A DNA stretch of 64,000 nucleotides. Origin: an uncultured Nitrospiraceae bacterium (GTDB lineage Bacteria > Nitrospirota > Thermodesulfovibrionia > Thermodesulfovibrionales > UBA6898). The DNA lies in NCBI GenBank assembly GCA_963811165.1, contig CAWEQH010000001.1, positions 384,001-448,000 on the forward strand, read 5' to 3'. Positions 50,785-60,140 of the stretch are shown piece after piece (the first letter of the stretch is position 1; every line of letters begins with the position of its first letter). Under the pieces are notes generated by a model. It was not told where the DNA came from, ran no database searches, and worked only from the letters and a program-made list of their open reading frames with translations. A program made the translations under genes and the position numbers.

Positions 50785-52108
50785 CACTAGTGTCCGGTTA
50801 AGAAGTGAATAAATTCAACTGGTTTTGATTTTCGAGCATAACTGAACGTTCTTCGATAGTCTGAAATGCTTGTTGCAAAGGCATTTTCTCGAAAAGGGTA
50901 ATCGAGAGAATCTGTAACAATGTATAAAGGGATGCATCGAGATTGAGCTTTTTCTTGATGATGGCGATGAGTACATACATGGAAACGGCGATCCAGATTT
51001 GGGTCTTCACAGCGTTTTCCGATGTACCATAAAACCGTTTGATGCGAAGATGCTGTTTGATCCATTTGAAGAACAGTTCGATCTGCCAACGGCTTTTGTA
51101 GAGTGCAGCGATTGTGAGTGCTGATAGAGTCGTGTTGTTGGTAAGAAAGATCAGAGTTTTGTCTCTCTCGATATCTTTGAAGCGAATACGACGCAAATGT
51201 TCGGGGTAATGACAATGACTGTAGTAGCCGTTCAACATAATGCTCTGGTCGCAGATAATGCCAGAGGATCGGTCGACGGGCGCAGAGTATACGCGCCTTG
51301 CATTGAGGTTCGACTTTGTGCGGGTCACAAAGAAACTGCCTGCCCGGTGCAACGCATAAAGACGAGCGAAGTCCATATATGCCCGATCCATGATGTAGAA
51401 CGCCCCAGGTTCCGCAATAAGCAGGTCGAGAATATTGATGTCGTGCCACTTGCCGTCGGTGATGTGAATGAAACTGGGGATTGCACCCTTGAGATCCAAA
51501 AGTGTATGGACTTTGACTGCGGCTTTTGTATCGCGGAACGGAGCCCATGGGAACACCGAAAGACAAAGATCGATGGTTGTGGAGTCCAGCGCATAAACCG
51601 TGTTGGAAAGATCGAGTCCCAAATCCTCGTCTGCGTAGAGCCTTCTTGCTTGAGCGATCAGTCTCTGCGCAAAATCGGCGTAGATGCGCCAGTCTCGGGA
51701 TTCGTTTGCGTCGGCCAGAGTCGACCGAGAAATCGCTCCGTTGAGACCCATATGGTAAAGCTTCGAAGCCTGAGCCGAAAGGCACGCTTCTATATCGCGC
51801 AGACTCTCCCGATAGGTCAATTGGGCGAATGCCAAGATGCGAAACTGCTCCGTGCAGCGAAAGGTACGAATACGATGATCGCCTCCATAGCGAGCGACTA
51901 TACGATGAAATGTGCTCCAAGGGAGAAAATCCATGATTTGCGCAAATAGGGTCTTGCCAGTATACATTGGCACCTCCGGGAATTTCAGTTCCAGAAGGAT
52001 TGCCCATTCGGCGATATCTATTCAAGTCGACACCACCAAAAATATTGCAAATATTCTTATCTGTCATATAGTTTTAAGTATCAGCCGTTTCTTAACCGGA
52101 CAGCACTG
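50785..52108 (-). mobile_element. IS4-family insertion sequence (1324 bp) with 9-bp target duplication
   Basis: Terminal inverted repeats CACTAGTGTCCGGTTAAGAA / CAGTGCTGTCCGGTTAAGAA; TACTTACAA at 50776-50784 and 52109-52117. Confidence 0.95.
50798..51967 (-). CDS. IS4-family DDE transposase
   Basis: AQLTYRESLRDIE, ALDSTTID, MDRAY, YKSRWQIELFFKWIKQ. Confidence 0.96.
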   Translation of the reverse strand: MYTGKTLFAQIMDFLPWSTFHRIVARYGGDHRIRTFRCTEQFRILAFAQLTYRESLRDIEACLSAQASKLYHMGLNGAISRSTLADANESRDWRIYADFAQRLIAQARRLYADEDLGLDLSNTVYALDSTTIDLCLSVFPWAPFRDTKAAVKVHTLLDLKGAIPSFIHITDGKWHDINILDLLIAEPGAFYIMDRAYMDFARLYALHRAGSFFVTRTKSNLNARRVYSAPVDRSSGIICDQSIMLNGYYSHCHYPEHLRRIRFKDIERDKTLIFLTNNTTLSALTIAALYKSRWQIELFFKWIKQHLRIKRFYGTSENAVKTQIWIAVSMYVLIAIIKKKLNLDASLYTLLQILSITLFEKMPLQQAFQTIEERSVMLENQNQLNLFTS

Positions 52109-52267
52109 TACTTACAATATACCTCACGAAGGGAATGGGGTCAAAAGCGGGTTCTTTCAAGTTGCCGGAAGGGACCGGCTGCTGCGTATTCCGCTTACAT
52201 TAGCTAAAAAAGATAAAGAGCGGTCCGGTTGCTACCCACGACTGTTGCTGATACACTTTACGTAAAA

Positions 52268-54970
52268 ATGGCGATGAGATTATTTCGTACATTCAAAGGA
52301 AGCCGACCCGGGGTTTCCCTCCTTATAATCTTCGTATCGCTCCTGATGCAGTTGTCGGGCGCGGAGACGGCCCTCGCCGGCCCGGCTCCTGAACTAATAA
52401 GGGAAACGCTGAAGAACGGCCTTAGAGTTGTTATCATCAGGAACGATCTGGCGCCGGTTGTGACTATCCAGGTGAATTACCTCGCGGGCTCGACCGAATC
52501 TCCCAAAGGTTTTCCAGGAATGGCCCATGCTCAGGAGCATATGATGTTTCGGGGAAGCCCGGGCCTTTCGGCAGATCAGCTTTCAAACCTTATTGCCGCA
52601 ATGGGCGGCCATTTCAATGCCGATACCCAGCAGACGGTAACACAGTATCTTCTCACCGTCTCCCCGGATGATCTCGATATCGCCCTGCGCATAGAGGCGA
52701 TACGTATGGCCGGAGTGCTCGATTCTGAGCGGCTTTGGAAGGAAGAGCGGGGAGCTATTGAGCAGGAAGTGGCCCAGGACCTTTCAAATCCACTCTATGT
52801 CTTCTACACGACCCTCCTTAGGAAGATCTTTGCCGGGACCCCATATTCCCGCGACGCCCTCGGCACTCGGCCCTCTTTTCAAAAGACGACAGGAAAAATG
52901 CTGAAGTCATTCCATAGAAACTGGTATGCCCCGAACAATGCCGTCCTAGTCATCGCAGGGAGTATTGACCCGAAGCAGACACTTGAGGAAGTTAAAAAAA
53001 TGTTCGAAAGGGTCCCCCCACGCAGGACGCCGCCGAGGGCGAAAATCCATCTTCGGCCGCTTAGACCCGATGCGATAGAACTCGATACCGACCTGTCTTA
53101 CGGGATGGTAGTGGTCGCATACCGGCTGCCGGGCTATCACAGTCCGGATTTTGCGGCGGCGCAGATACTGTCCGACGTGCTCGACAGCCAGAGGGCCGAC
53201 CTCTATGCGCTGGTGCCCAGGGGAGAGGCGTTATCGACATCTTTTGATACTACCATGCTTCCGGAGGCAGGCCTGGCGTATGCGACCGCAGCCTTTCCCC
53301 AGGGTGAAGAGGGATCACGACTTGTCCCGGTCATTAAAAAAATCATTGCGGGCTACGTCAAGGACGGGTTTCCACCCGAACTGGTGGAGGCTGCCAAACG
53401 CCGCGAGATAGCCGATGCCGAGTTCCAGATGAACTCGATATCAGAACTCGCGGCACTGTGGTCTCATACTATTGCGGTCGAGGGACATAATTCACCGCAG
53501 GACGATATCGAAGCGATAAGAAGGGTTTCCATCGAAGACGTCGCCAGGGTTGCCAGGGAATATCTTATCAACGACACTGCAATCACGGCCGTGTTAACTC
53601 CTACTCCCTCAGGAAAGGCTGTCCCTGCGCAGGGTTTCAGAAGAAAAGAGGTCCTGACCCCCAAAAAGACTACAGGCGTGTTGCTGCCGAAGTGGGCGCA
53701 GAAGGCCGCGTCGCTTCCCGCGGTCCCGGTTTCCCGGATAAAACCCAGGGTAACTACACTCTCAAACGGCTTGAGACTCATCGTGCAGCGGGAACCAATA
53801 AGCGCTACGGTCAGTGTTTACGGACGGGTCAAGAACAACCCCGATCTCCAAACACCCGCAGGCAAAGAAGGGGTTTCGCACCTCCTCGACAACCTCTTTT
53901 CGTACGGGACTTCGAAACTCGACCGTCTTGCCTTCCAAAAAGCGCTTGATGACATCGCAGCAGACGAATCAGCCGGGACGAGTTTTTTCCTCCGGGTACT
54001 GTCGGACGATCTCGAACGAGGTCTTCGGCTCCTGTCCGATAATATTTTAGACCCGGCCCTTCCCGAGGAGGCGTTCAAGGTGGTCAGGCAGGAATTGGCG
54101 GGCGAGTTGACGGGCAAGCTCAAAAGCCCTTCATACATGTCGGGCATGGCCCTCCGCTCGGGGCTCTATCCCAAAGGAGATCCACTGCGTAGGGAGGCGA
54201 CCCCGGGGACGGTGTCTTCACTTTCTCTTGATGATGTCAAGGCTTATTACAAAAAGGTCTTTCGTCCCGATATGACGACGATTGTCGTGATCGGCAATAT
54301 TACGGAAGACCTTGCCGTAGAGATGATCGGAAAATATTTCGGCGACTGGAAGGCCGAAGGCCCCAAACCCGAAACAGACCTCCCCCCTGTGCCTCCAAAC
54401 AAGCCGGCCTCATTCGAGGTGCCCAATGCGAGTATGGTCCAGGTGGAGGTTACCCTCGCAGAGACCCTCGGGGTGAGACGGACGGACCCCGATTACTATT
54501 CGCTACAGGCAGGCCTTCATGTCTTATCGGGCGGCTTCTATGCTACCCGTCTTTACAGGGACCTGAGGGAAAAGACAGGGCTGGTCTATGCGGTCGAGGC
54601 CGAGGTTGAGGCAGGCAAGACACGTTCTCTTTTTATAGTGGAATATGCATGCGATGCAAGAAATGTATCGAAGGCACGATCAATGATAGCAAGCGACATT
54701 AAGGAGATGCTTGCCAATCCCGTCACCAACGAGGAACTGCTGAGGGCCAAAGCGCTTCTTATCCGGCAGGTATCGCTTTCGGAATCGAGTACCGAAAGAG
54801 TAGCTTCGACGCTTCTCGATCTTTCCCTGGAAGACCTGCCGCTTGACGAGCCGGTGCAGGCCGCAAAAAGCTACAGGGAAGTTGCGGCAGAGCAGGTGAG
54901 GAGGGCCTTTGCCAGATGGATAAGGCCGGATGACTTTGTGCAGGTCTCACTCGGCCCTTCACCGAAGTAG
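52268..54970 (+). CDS. M16-family (pitrilysin/PqqL-like) zinc peptidase, exported
   Basis: GMAHAQEHMMFRG (HxxEH); two LxNGL-started halves; RLYRDLREKTGLVY. Confidence 0.92.
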   Translation: MAMRLFRTFKGSRPGVSLLIIFVSLLMQLSGAETALAGPAPELIRETLKNGLRVVIIRNDLAPVVTIQVNYLAGSTESPKGFPGMAHAQEHMMFRGSPGLSADQLSNLIAAMGGHFNADTQQTVTQYLLTVSPDDLDIALRIEAIRMAGVLDSERLWKEERGAIEQEVAQDLSNPLYVFYTTLLRKIFAGTPYSRDALGTRPSFQKTTGKMLKSFHRNWYAPNNAVLVIAGSIDPKQTLEEVKKMFERVPPRRTPPRAKIHLRPLRPDAIELDTDLSYGMVVVAYRLPGYHSPDFAAAQILSDVLDSQRADLYALVPRGEALSTSFDTTMLPEAGLAYATAAFPQGEEGSRLVPVIKKIIAGYVKDGFPPELVEAAKRREIADAEFQMNSISELAALWSHTIAVEGHNSPQDDIEAIRRVSIEDVARVAREYLINDTAITAVLTPTPSGKAVPAQGFRRKEVLTPKKTTGVLLPKWAQKAASLPAVPVSRIKPRVTTLSNGLRLIVQREPISATVSVYGRVKNNPDLQTPAGKEGVSHLLDNLFSYGTSKLDRLAFQKALDDIAADESAGTSFFLRVLSDDLERGLRLLSDNILDPALPEEAFKVVRQELAGELTGKLKSPSYMSGMALRSGLYPKGDPLRREATPGTVSSLSLDDVKAYYKKVFRPDMTTIVVIGNITEDLAVEMIGKYFGDWKAEGPKPETDLPPVPPNKPASFEVPNASMVQVEVTLAETLGVRRTDPDYYSLQAGLHVLSGGFYATRLYRDLREKTGLVYAVEAEVEAGKTRSLFIVEYACDARNVSKARSMIASDIKEMLANPVTNEELLRAKALLIRQVSLSESSTERVASTLLDLSLEDLPLDEPVQAAKSYREVAAEQVRRAFARWIRPDDFVQVSLGPSPK

Positions 54971-55006
54971 CTGCATGCATTCAGGTCTTTTCCCCATGTC
55001 TTAACA

Positions 55007-55720
55007 TCATCGGGCACGGGTAAGCTCAAGGACCTCCGAGTCTTTTCCTATCAGGGCAACGTCTGCAAGATCCAAAAACAGACCGTGCTCGACCACTCCC
55101 GGCATGCTCTTTAGATCATTGGCCAGTCTTTCCGGATCAGGGATGAGTCCAAAGCAGCAGTCCAGGATGTGATGGCCTTCCTCGGTAATCAGCGGCCTGC
55201 CGTAGGGATCTTTTCTGAGGGTAACAGAGGCGTCTAGCTTGGAGATACGTTTCATCAGCAAGGCCTCCGCAAAGGGGACGACTTCTACCGGAAGAGGGGA
55301 CTTCCCGAGTCCCGGGACCTGTTTCGTTGAGTCCGCGATGATGACTATCTTGCGTGAGGCGGAGGCGACAATCTTTTCGCGAAGCAGCGCCCCGCCGCCG
55401 CCCTTGATGAGTTCAAGGGCAGGGCTGATTTCGTCGGCCCCGTCGATTGTGACATCAATTTCCGAGCAGTCTTCGAATGTCGTCAGAGGGATGCCTGCGC
55501 TGACCGCCAGGTCCCGGGAGGTGACAGAGGTCGGTATCGCCAGAATCTTTAATCCTGAGCGGACCATCTCCCCCAGGAAGCGGATGGCATAGTACGCCGT
55601 AGAACCTGTCCCAAGTCCCACAACATACCCAGCGCGGACATATTCGAGGCTCCGGCGAGCAGCCGCTTGTTTTTCCCGCTCATGCCGGGCGGCCCCATAC
55701 TCCGGAACATTTTCGGTCAT
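55007..55720 (-). CDS. rpiA: Ribose-5-phosphate isomerase A
   Basis: GLGTGST, IDGADE, IKGGGGALLREKI, GVVEHGLF. Confidence 0.97.
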   Translation of the reverse strand: MTENVPEYGAARHEREKQAAARRSLEYVRAGYVVGLGTGSTAYYAIRFLGEMVRSGLKILAIPTSVTSRDLAVSAGIPLTTFEDCSEIDVTIDGADEISPALELIKGGGGALLREKIVASASRKIVIIADSTKQVPGLGKSPLPVEVVPFAEALLMKRISKLDASVTLRKDPYGRPLITEEGHHILDCCFGLIPDPERLANDLKSMPGVVEHGLFLDLADVALIGKDSEVLELTRAR

Positions 55721-55743
55721 AGCCGGTAGTCTATCATGTGGCT

Positions 55744-56460
55744 CTATCTTAAGGTTGCTCCCCCGTCTACGTAGAGGGTGTTGCCGGTGGAAAAGCCGTT
55801 GCTCATCAGGTAAAGGACGGTCTGCGCGATTTCCTCAGGCCTGCCGACCCGTCTGACCGGTAGTGCAGTGGCTACGCCTTTAAACATCGCCTCTTTGGCT
55901 TCAGACGCCATCCCGGAGTAAATGGGGGTATCTACAATCCCAGGAGATATGGTATTGACCCGAATTGGTGCAAGTTCCATGGCCAATGCCCGGCCCAGTC
56001 CTTCGACTGCGCTGTTTATGGCCGTGATTACCGAACTGCCCGGTACGGGCCTTTGACTCCAGATGCCGGCGAAGAAGGTGATGGAGCCGCCTACATGTAT
56101 CTTAGGCGCGCCATACCTGGCCGCATAGTACTGGCCCCAAAACTTGCTGTCAAAGGCTGACCTCGCCTTTGCAGCATCGAGTTGGAGAAACGGCCCCATG
56201 GCAGCTTCATTGCCCGGGGTTGTGAGGTGGTCGAATTCGCCTACTTTGTCAAAGAATGCCTTGACCGATGCTTCGTCCACGACATTTACTGTCAGAACTT
56301 CTACAGAACCCTGTATCTGTTCCTTGGCTTTTTGCAGTTTTTCCTGCGAGCGGCTGGCGATGACCACTGTTGCTCCTTCCAACGCGGCGGCCCTTGCTGT
56401 GGCCAGCCCCATGCCCGAACTTCCGCCGATGATTACGATCCTCTGCCCCTTAAATCTCAT
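55744..56460 (-). CDS. Short-chain dehydrogenase/reductase
   Basis: IGGSSGMGLA, SKFWG, ELAPIRVNTISPG, VDGG. Confidence 0.92.
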   Translation of the reverse strand: MRFKGQRIVIIGGSSGMGLATARAAALEGATVVIASRSQEKLQKAKEQIQGSVEVLTVNVVDEASVKAFFDKVGEFDHLTTPGNEAAMGPFLQLDAAKARSAFDSKFWGQYYAARYGAPKIHVGGSITFFAGIWSQRPVPGSSVITAINSAVEGLGRALAMELAPIRVNTISPGIVDTPIYSGMASEAKEAMFKGVATALPVRRVGRPEEIAQTVLYLMSNGFSTGNTLYVDGGATLR

Positions 56461-56473
56461 GCGAACTTCTCCT

Positions 56474-57841
56474 TTATTCGATATTATCAAGCGCTTCAGG
56501 TATCAGGTTTGAAAGCGCGGGGAATATGTGCATGCACCCCGTGATGGATGTTATGTCCCCCCCGAGTATTACCGCATTCACTACTTCCTGGATGAGCATG
56601 GCGGCATGGGGGCCTATAATATGAAAACCCAGGATCCGTTTCGTACCTTTTTCAACGACAGCTTTAGCAAAACCTTTACGCTCTCCCATCGCCTCTCCCA
56701 TGACAGTGTCTGAATACTCTGCCCGGCCGATAAAGATGTCATGGTCCTTTCGGGCCTGCTTCTCTGTAAGGCCTACAGATGCGATCTGGGGAGAGGTAAA
56801 AACCGCATGGGGGACCGACCCGAAGTCCATCCTTATCTTTTTCCTGTAAGTCGCATTGTGCCATGCCAGCTCAGCTTCTTTGTCTCCCGCATGGGTAAAC
56901 ATAGCCCTTCCGGTGGCGTCGCCGACCGCCCATATATGTTTCTTGTTGGTCTGGAGGTACTCGTCGACCTTTATGAAATCGGCCTTGTCAGTTTCAATCC
57001 CCGCATTTTCCACCTGGAGAAGGTCCGCATTTGACTTCCTGCCGGCGGCCACCATCACCGCGTCCGCAAATATCTCTTCCGACTTTCCCGAAACGGCGTC
57101 CTTTACAGATACTGCATATCCGCTTCCGGCATCTCTCACCTCAGCAATTTCGACACCCATACGCAGCTCGGTGCGTTTTCCGAGTTCACTCATTAATAAA
57201 TCCGATATTTCCGGTTCTTCGAAATGAAGGAGGGTAACATTCCTGTCCAATATAATCACTTTTGTCCCGATTGCAGAAAAGAAATGGGCATATTCGAGCC
57301 CCACATATCCGCCTCCGATAAAGACCATGCGGTCGGGCTTTGTCTGGAGTTCCAGCACGCTCTCATTCGTAAGATACCGGACCTTGTCCAGCCCCTGTAT
57401 CGGAGGGACCGAGGGACGCGCCCCGGAGGCGATAAAAATTTTCTTCCCCCGTATATTGTCGGAGCCGACCCCGATGGTGCGCTCGTCCAGGAAATGACCT
57501 TCACCGCTGAAAAAAGCGATCTGTTCGGTATCCTCTATCGCTTTTTTTATTGAATTTCTTCCGCCCGCGACCGCGCTTCTCATCCGTCCCATTACCGCTC
57601 CGAAGTCGATATCGGCAATCTCCGCACGGATGCCGAGGCGGGAAGATTCTCTGATCTCGATGATCCTGTCGGCCGCATGGATGAGAGTCTTTGACGGCAC
57701 ACAGCCGTTATTTACGCAGGTCCCTCCCACATTCCCTTTATCGATGAGGGCGACCTTGAACCCCGCCGAAGCAGCGTGGAAAGCGATACTCAGCCCTACG
57801 TCGCCTGCCCCGACAACGACCACATCAAACGATCTCATCAT
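56474..57841 (-). CDS. Pyridine nucleotide-disulfide oxidoreductase (dihydrolipoamide dehydrogenase/mycothione reductase-like)
   Basis: GGTCVNNGCVPSK, GGGYVGLE, WAVGD, PQIASVG. Confidence 0.9.
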   Translation of the reverse strand: MMRSFDVVVVGAGDVGLSIAFHAASAGFKVALIDKGNVGGTCVNNGCVPSKTLIHAADRIIEIRESSRLGIRAEIADIDFGAVMGRMRSAVAGGRNSIKKAIEDTEQIAFFSGEGHFLDERTIGVGSDNIRGKKIFIASGARPSVPPIQGLDKVRYLTNESVLELQTKPDRMVFIGGGYVGLEYAHFFSAIGTKVIILDRNVTLLHFEEPEISDLLMSELGKRTELRMGVEIAEVRDAGSGYAVSVKDAVSGKSEEIFADAVMVAAGRKSNADLLQVENAGIETDKADFIKVDEYLQTNKKHIWAVGDATGRAMFTHAGDKEAELAWHNATYRKKIRMDFGSVPHAVFTSPQIASVGLTEKQARKDHDIFIGRAEYSDTVMGEAMGERKGFAKAVVEKGTKRILGFHIIGPHAAMLIQEVVNAVILGGDITSITGCMHIFPALSNLIPEALDNIE

Positions 57842-57891
57842 CACCCCCTGCTTTATACCAGTTGTTTGCAATAATGCTGCTTTAGTCGTCA

Positions 57892-58599
57892 TCACCTTCT
57901 GATAATGTCGCCTTTCGGTTCCCACCTCCGGACTTTTCTGAGAGGGGGAGGGCGATAACTTTCCACAAGATCGCCGATCTTCGCCAGCTTGAAGTTCTTT
58001 ATCTTTATCCCCACTTTCTGTCCCGGCGTTGCCTTCTGCACGGTCTTTTCAGCGATATGGAGCGACTCGATTATTCCGGAATGGATCGGCCCCATGGCAG
58101 AGATGATCCGGAAATGCTGACCGACGGCCAGATGCCCCTCCCGGACTTCACACCCTATGATGATCCCTTTCCTGGTGCTCTTAAAGAGCGTGATGACCTT
58201 GCCCGATCCTGTGATCTCGTCCTCTTCCGGGCCCGGGACCATGCTTTCTGCGATTGCCCTGATGTCGTCGGACAATTTATAAATGATGTCGTAGAGGCGG
58301 ACCTCGACCCGGCGCTCCCTGAGGACCTTTTCAAGTCCGGGTACCAGTCGTACCTGAAACCCTACGATGAGCCTGCTTGCCGTCTCTGCCATCATGACAT
58401 CGGAGAGGGTGACAGACCCCACGCCGCTGTGAATCGTCTGTATCTCGACGCCGGCGACAATAACCTTTGAAAGTGTCGCCGCCACCCCTTCCATGCTTCC
58501 GATGGAATCGCACTTAAGAACGATCTCAAGCCGTGGAATGGGTTTTGCGGCTTTAATGTCCGGCTTGACGCCGATACCTTTGCCGGCCCTTATGTTCAT
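57892..58599 (-). CDS. Stand-alone protein resembling the C-terminal domains of initiation factor IF-2, without GTPase domain
   Basis: LKCDSIGSME, IHSGVGSVTLSDVMMA, IVGF, YDIIYKL, IIGCEVREG, IESLH, GQKVGI. Confidence 0.8.
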   Translation of the reverse strand: MNIRAGKGIGVKPDIKAAKPIPRLEIVLKCDSIGSMEGVAATLSKVIVAGVEIQTIHSGVGSVTLSDVMMAETASRLIVGFQVRLVPGLEKVLRERRVEVRLYDIIYKLSDDIRAIAESMVPGPEEDEITGSGKVITLFKSTRKGIIIGCEVREGHLAVGQHFRIISAMGPIHSGIIESLHIAEKTVQKATPGQKVGIKIKNFKLAKIGDLVESYRPPPLRKVRRWEPKGDIIRR

Positions 58600-58797
58600 G
58601 TCTTGCCCATAATCTTCACACGCGTTAATCAGGTGAGGCATGAGGCGATTCTTTTCTTATGCTATCACGCAATACCCCGAAGTACAATCACCGGCAATCA
58701 GGGGAAGAGCGTTGTTTCCGGGATTGGCCGGCAGCTTCGGAAGGAATATGTTTCAACGCGCATCGGAACCCTCTGGGGTGAATTCCGGTTTTCCCTG

Positions 58798-58826
58798 TTG
58801 ACATCTGCCCGGCAGGTGTTTAGAAT
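58798..58826 (+). promoter_or_regulatory. sigma70 promoter with overlapping palindrome
   Basis: TTGACA-17-TAGAAT; ACATCTGCC-C-GGCAGGTGT overlaps the -35 and spacer. Confidence 0.6.
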
Positions 58827-58874
58827 ATTCTAATTAGTGCAACTCCAAGAACAAACAAAATTAAGGAGATTATT

Positions 58875-59264
58875 ATGGACGGAAAAAAATTTGTCTTTGT
58901 CCTTTCCCATGCGACCGAAAAGCCTGCCGAGGTGATCGTGATGATGAAGACCGCGACAAACATGAAGGCATTCGATGACGAGATCGAACTGGACTTTTTC
59001 CTTATGGGAGAGGGAGTTCAGCTCGCAAAGAAAGGCATGGCCGAGACGATATCTATGGAGCTCGAAGGGCAGAAGGTCGTGGTCAGTGAGATGCTGAACA
59101 CACTCACGCAGGACTTCAACGTCAAGTTCTTCGTCTGTCATGCCTTCATGCCGTTATATGGAATGAGCAAAGACGACCTCATCGAGAGCGCCGAGCTCAA
59201 ATCAAGTTCTTATCTTGGAGAACTAATGCTTGACGGCCGGATTCCTTTTCAGGTATCTGTCTAA
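58875..59264 (+). CDS. DsrE-family protein
   Basis: FFLMGEGVQLAKKG...VKFFVCH. Confidence 0.8.
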   Translation: MDGKKFVFVLSHATEKPAEVIVMMKTATNMKAFDDEIELDFFLMGEGVQLAKKGMAETISMELEGQKVVVSEMLNTLTQDFNVKFFVCHAFMPLYGMSKDDLIESAELKSSSYLGELMLDGRIPFQVSV

Positions 59265-59285
59265 CGATCCCTGACGTAAAAAAGA

Positions 59286-59330
59286 TGCGCAAAGGCCCTT
59301 TGAGACATCATCGGGCCTTTGCGCAAAAAA
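59286..59330. terminator. Hairpin terminator between convergent genes
   Basis: TGCGCAAAGGCCC...GGGCCTTTGCGCA followed by an A-tract (T-tract on the minus strand). Confidence 0.7.
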
Positions 59331-59418
59331 GTCCTCTGAGCAAAAGCTCTTTGCGTCCCGGGGGAGAACTCCACTCTACTTAGCCGGCAGACATCGCGCG
59401 TCTCTTCATGCCCCTTCC

Positions 59419-60000
59419 CTATCTTGCGACTGCCTGTTTCTTAAAAAGCGTCAGATATTGGCCGTACCCATCTTTTACGAGATCCTCCTTCGGCACAAAC
59501 CTGAGGGCAGCTGAATTCATGCAATACCTGAGTCCTGTCGGTTTTGGCCCATCGGTAAAGACATGGCCCAGATGAGAATCCGCGTGTTTAGACCGCACCT
59601 CTGTCCTTTTCATGAAGAAAAGGTTCCTATCCTCCTTTTCGACAATGTTGCCGGGTTCAAGCGGTCTTGAGAAACTCGGCCATCCTGTCCCCGAGTCGTA
59701 CTTATCGAGGGAACTGAAAAGCGGCTCGCCGGAAACGATATCCACATATATCCCTTCGCGTTTATTCTCAGCGTATTCATTTCTGAAGGCCGGCTCCGTG
59801 CCGTTTTCCTGCGTGACCTTGTATTGGGTCTCAGTAAGTCTTTTCCTTAATTCTTCCTTAGAGGGTTTCGCGAACGTCTTCATGTCACCTCCTCCTTGCT
59901 GAACAACAGTCGCCTTTTCTAACCTTGATGCTGCCGAAGCCGAAGATGCGAGCATTGTAATCACCCCTATCGTAATGAATAACTTCATTATATTTGTCAT
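59419..60000 (-). CDS. msrB: Exported peptide-methionine (R)-S-oxide reductase
   Basis: [31 protein letters not shown]; signal peptide; no Zn CxxC pairs. Confidence 0.95.
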   Translation of the reverse strand: MTNIMKLFITIGVITMLASSASAASRLEKATVVQQGGGDMKTFAKPSKEELRKRLTETQYKVTQENGTEPAFRNEYAENKREGIYVDIVSGEPLFSSLDKYDSGTGWPSFSRPLEPGNIVEKEDRNLFFMKRTEVRSKHADSHLGHVFTDGPKPTGLRYCMNSAALRFVPKEDLVKDGYGQYLTLFKKQAVAR

Positions 60001-60140
60001 CTTGCCATCTCCTTAATAAACAGCCTCCTATCATCACAATATTCCGAAACAGTGAATAAGATGTGAAGATTAGCCGGTAAGGAAGGCCGGTATATGATAA
60101 AATTGATGCATTATCAGGGATGGTGAGGATTGGAACCCAA

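Noticed and set aside
50787..52067. 426-aa overlapping ORF within the IS
   Set aside because: Alternative frame of the transposase with no recognisable motifs
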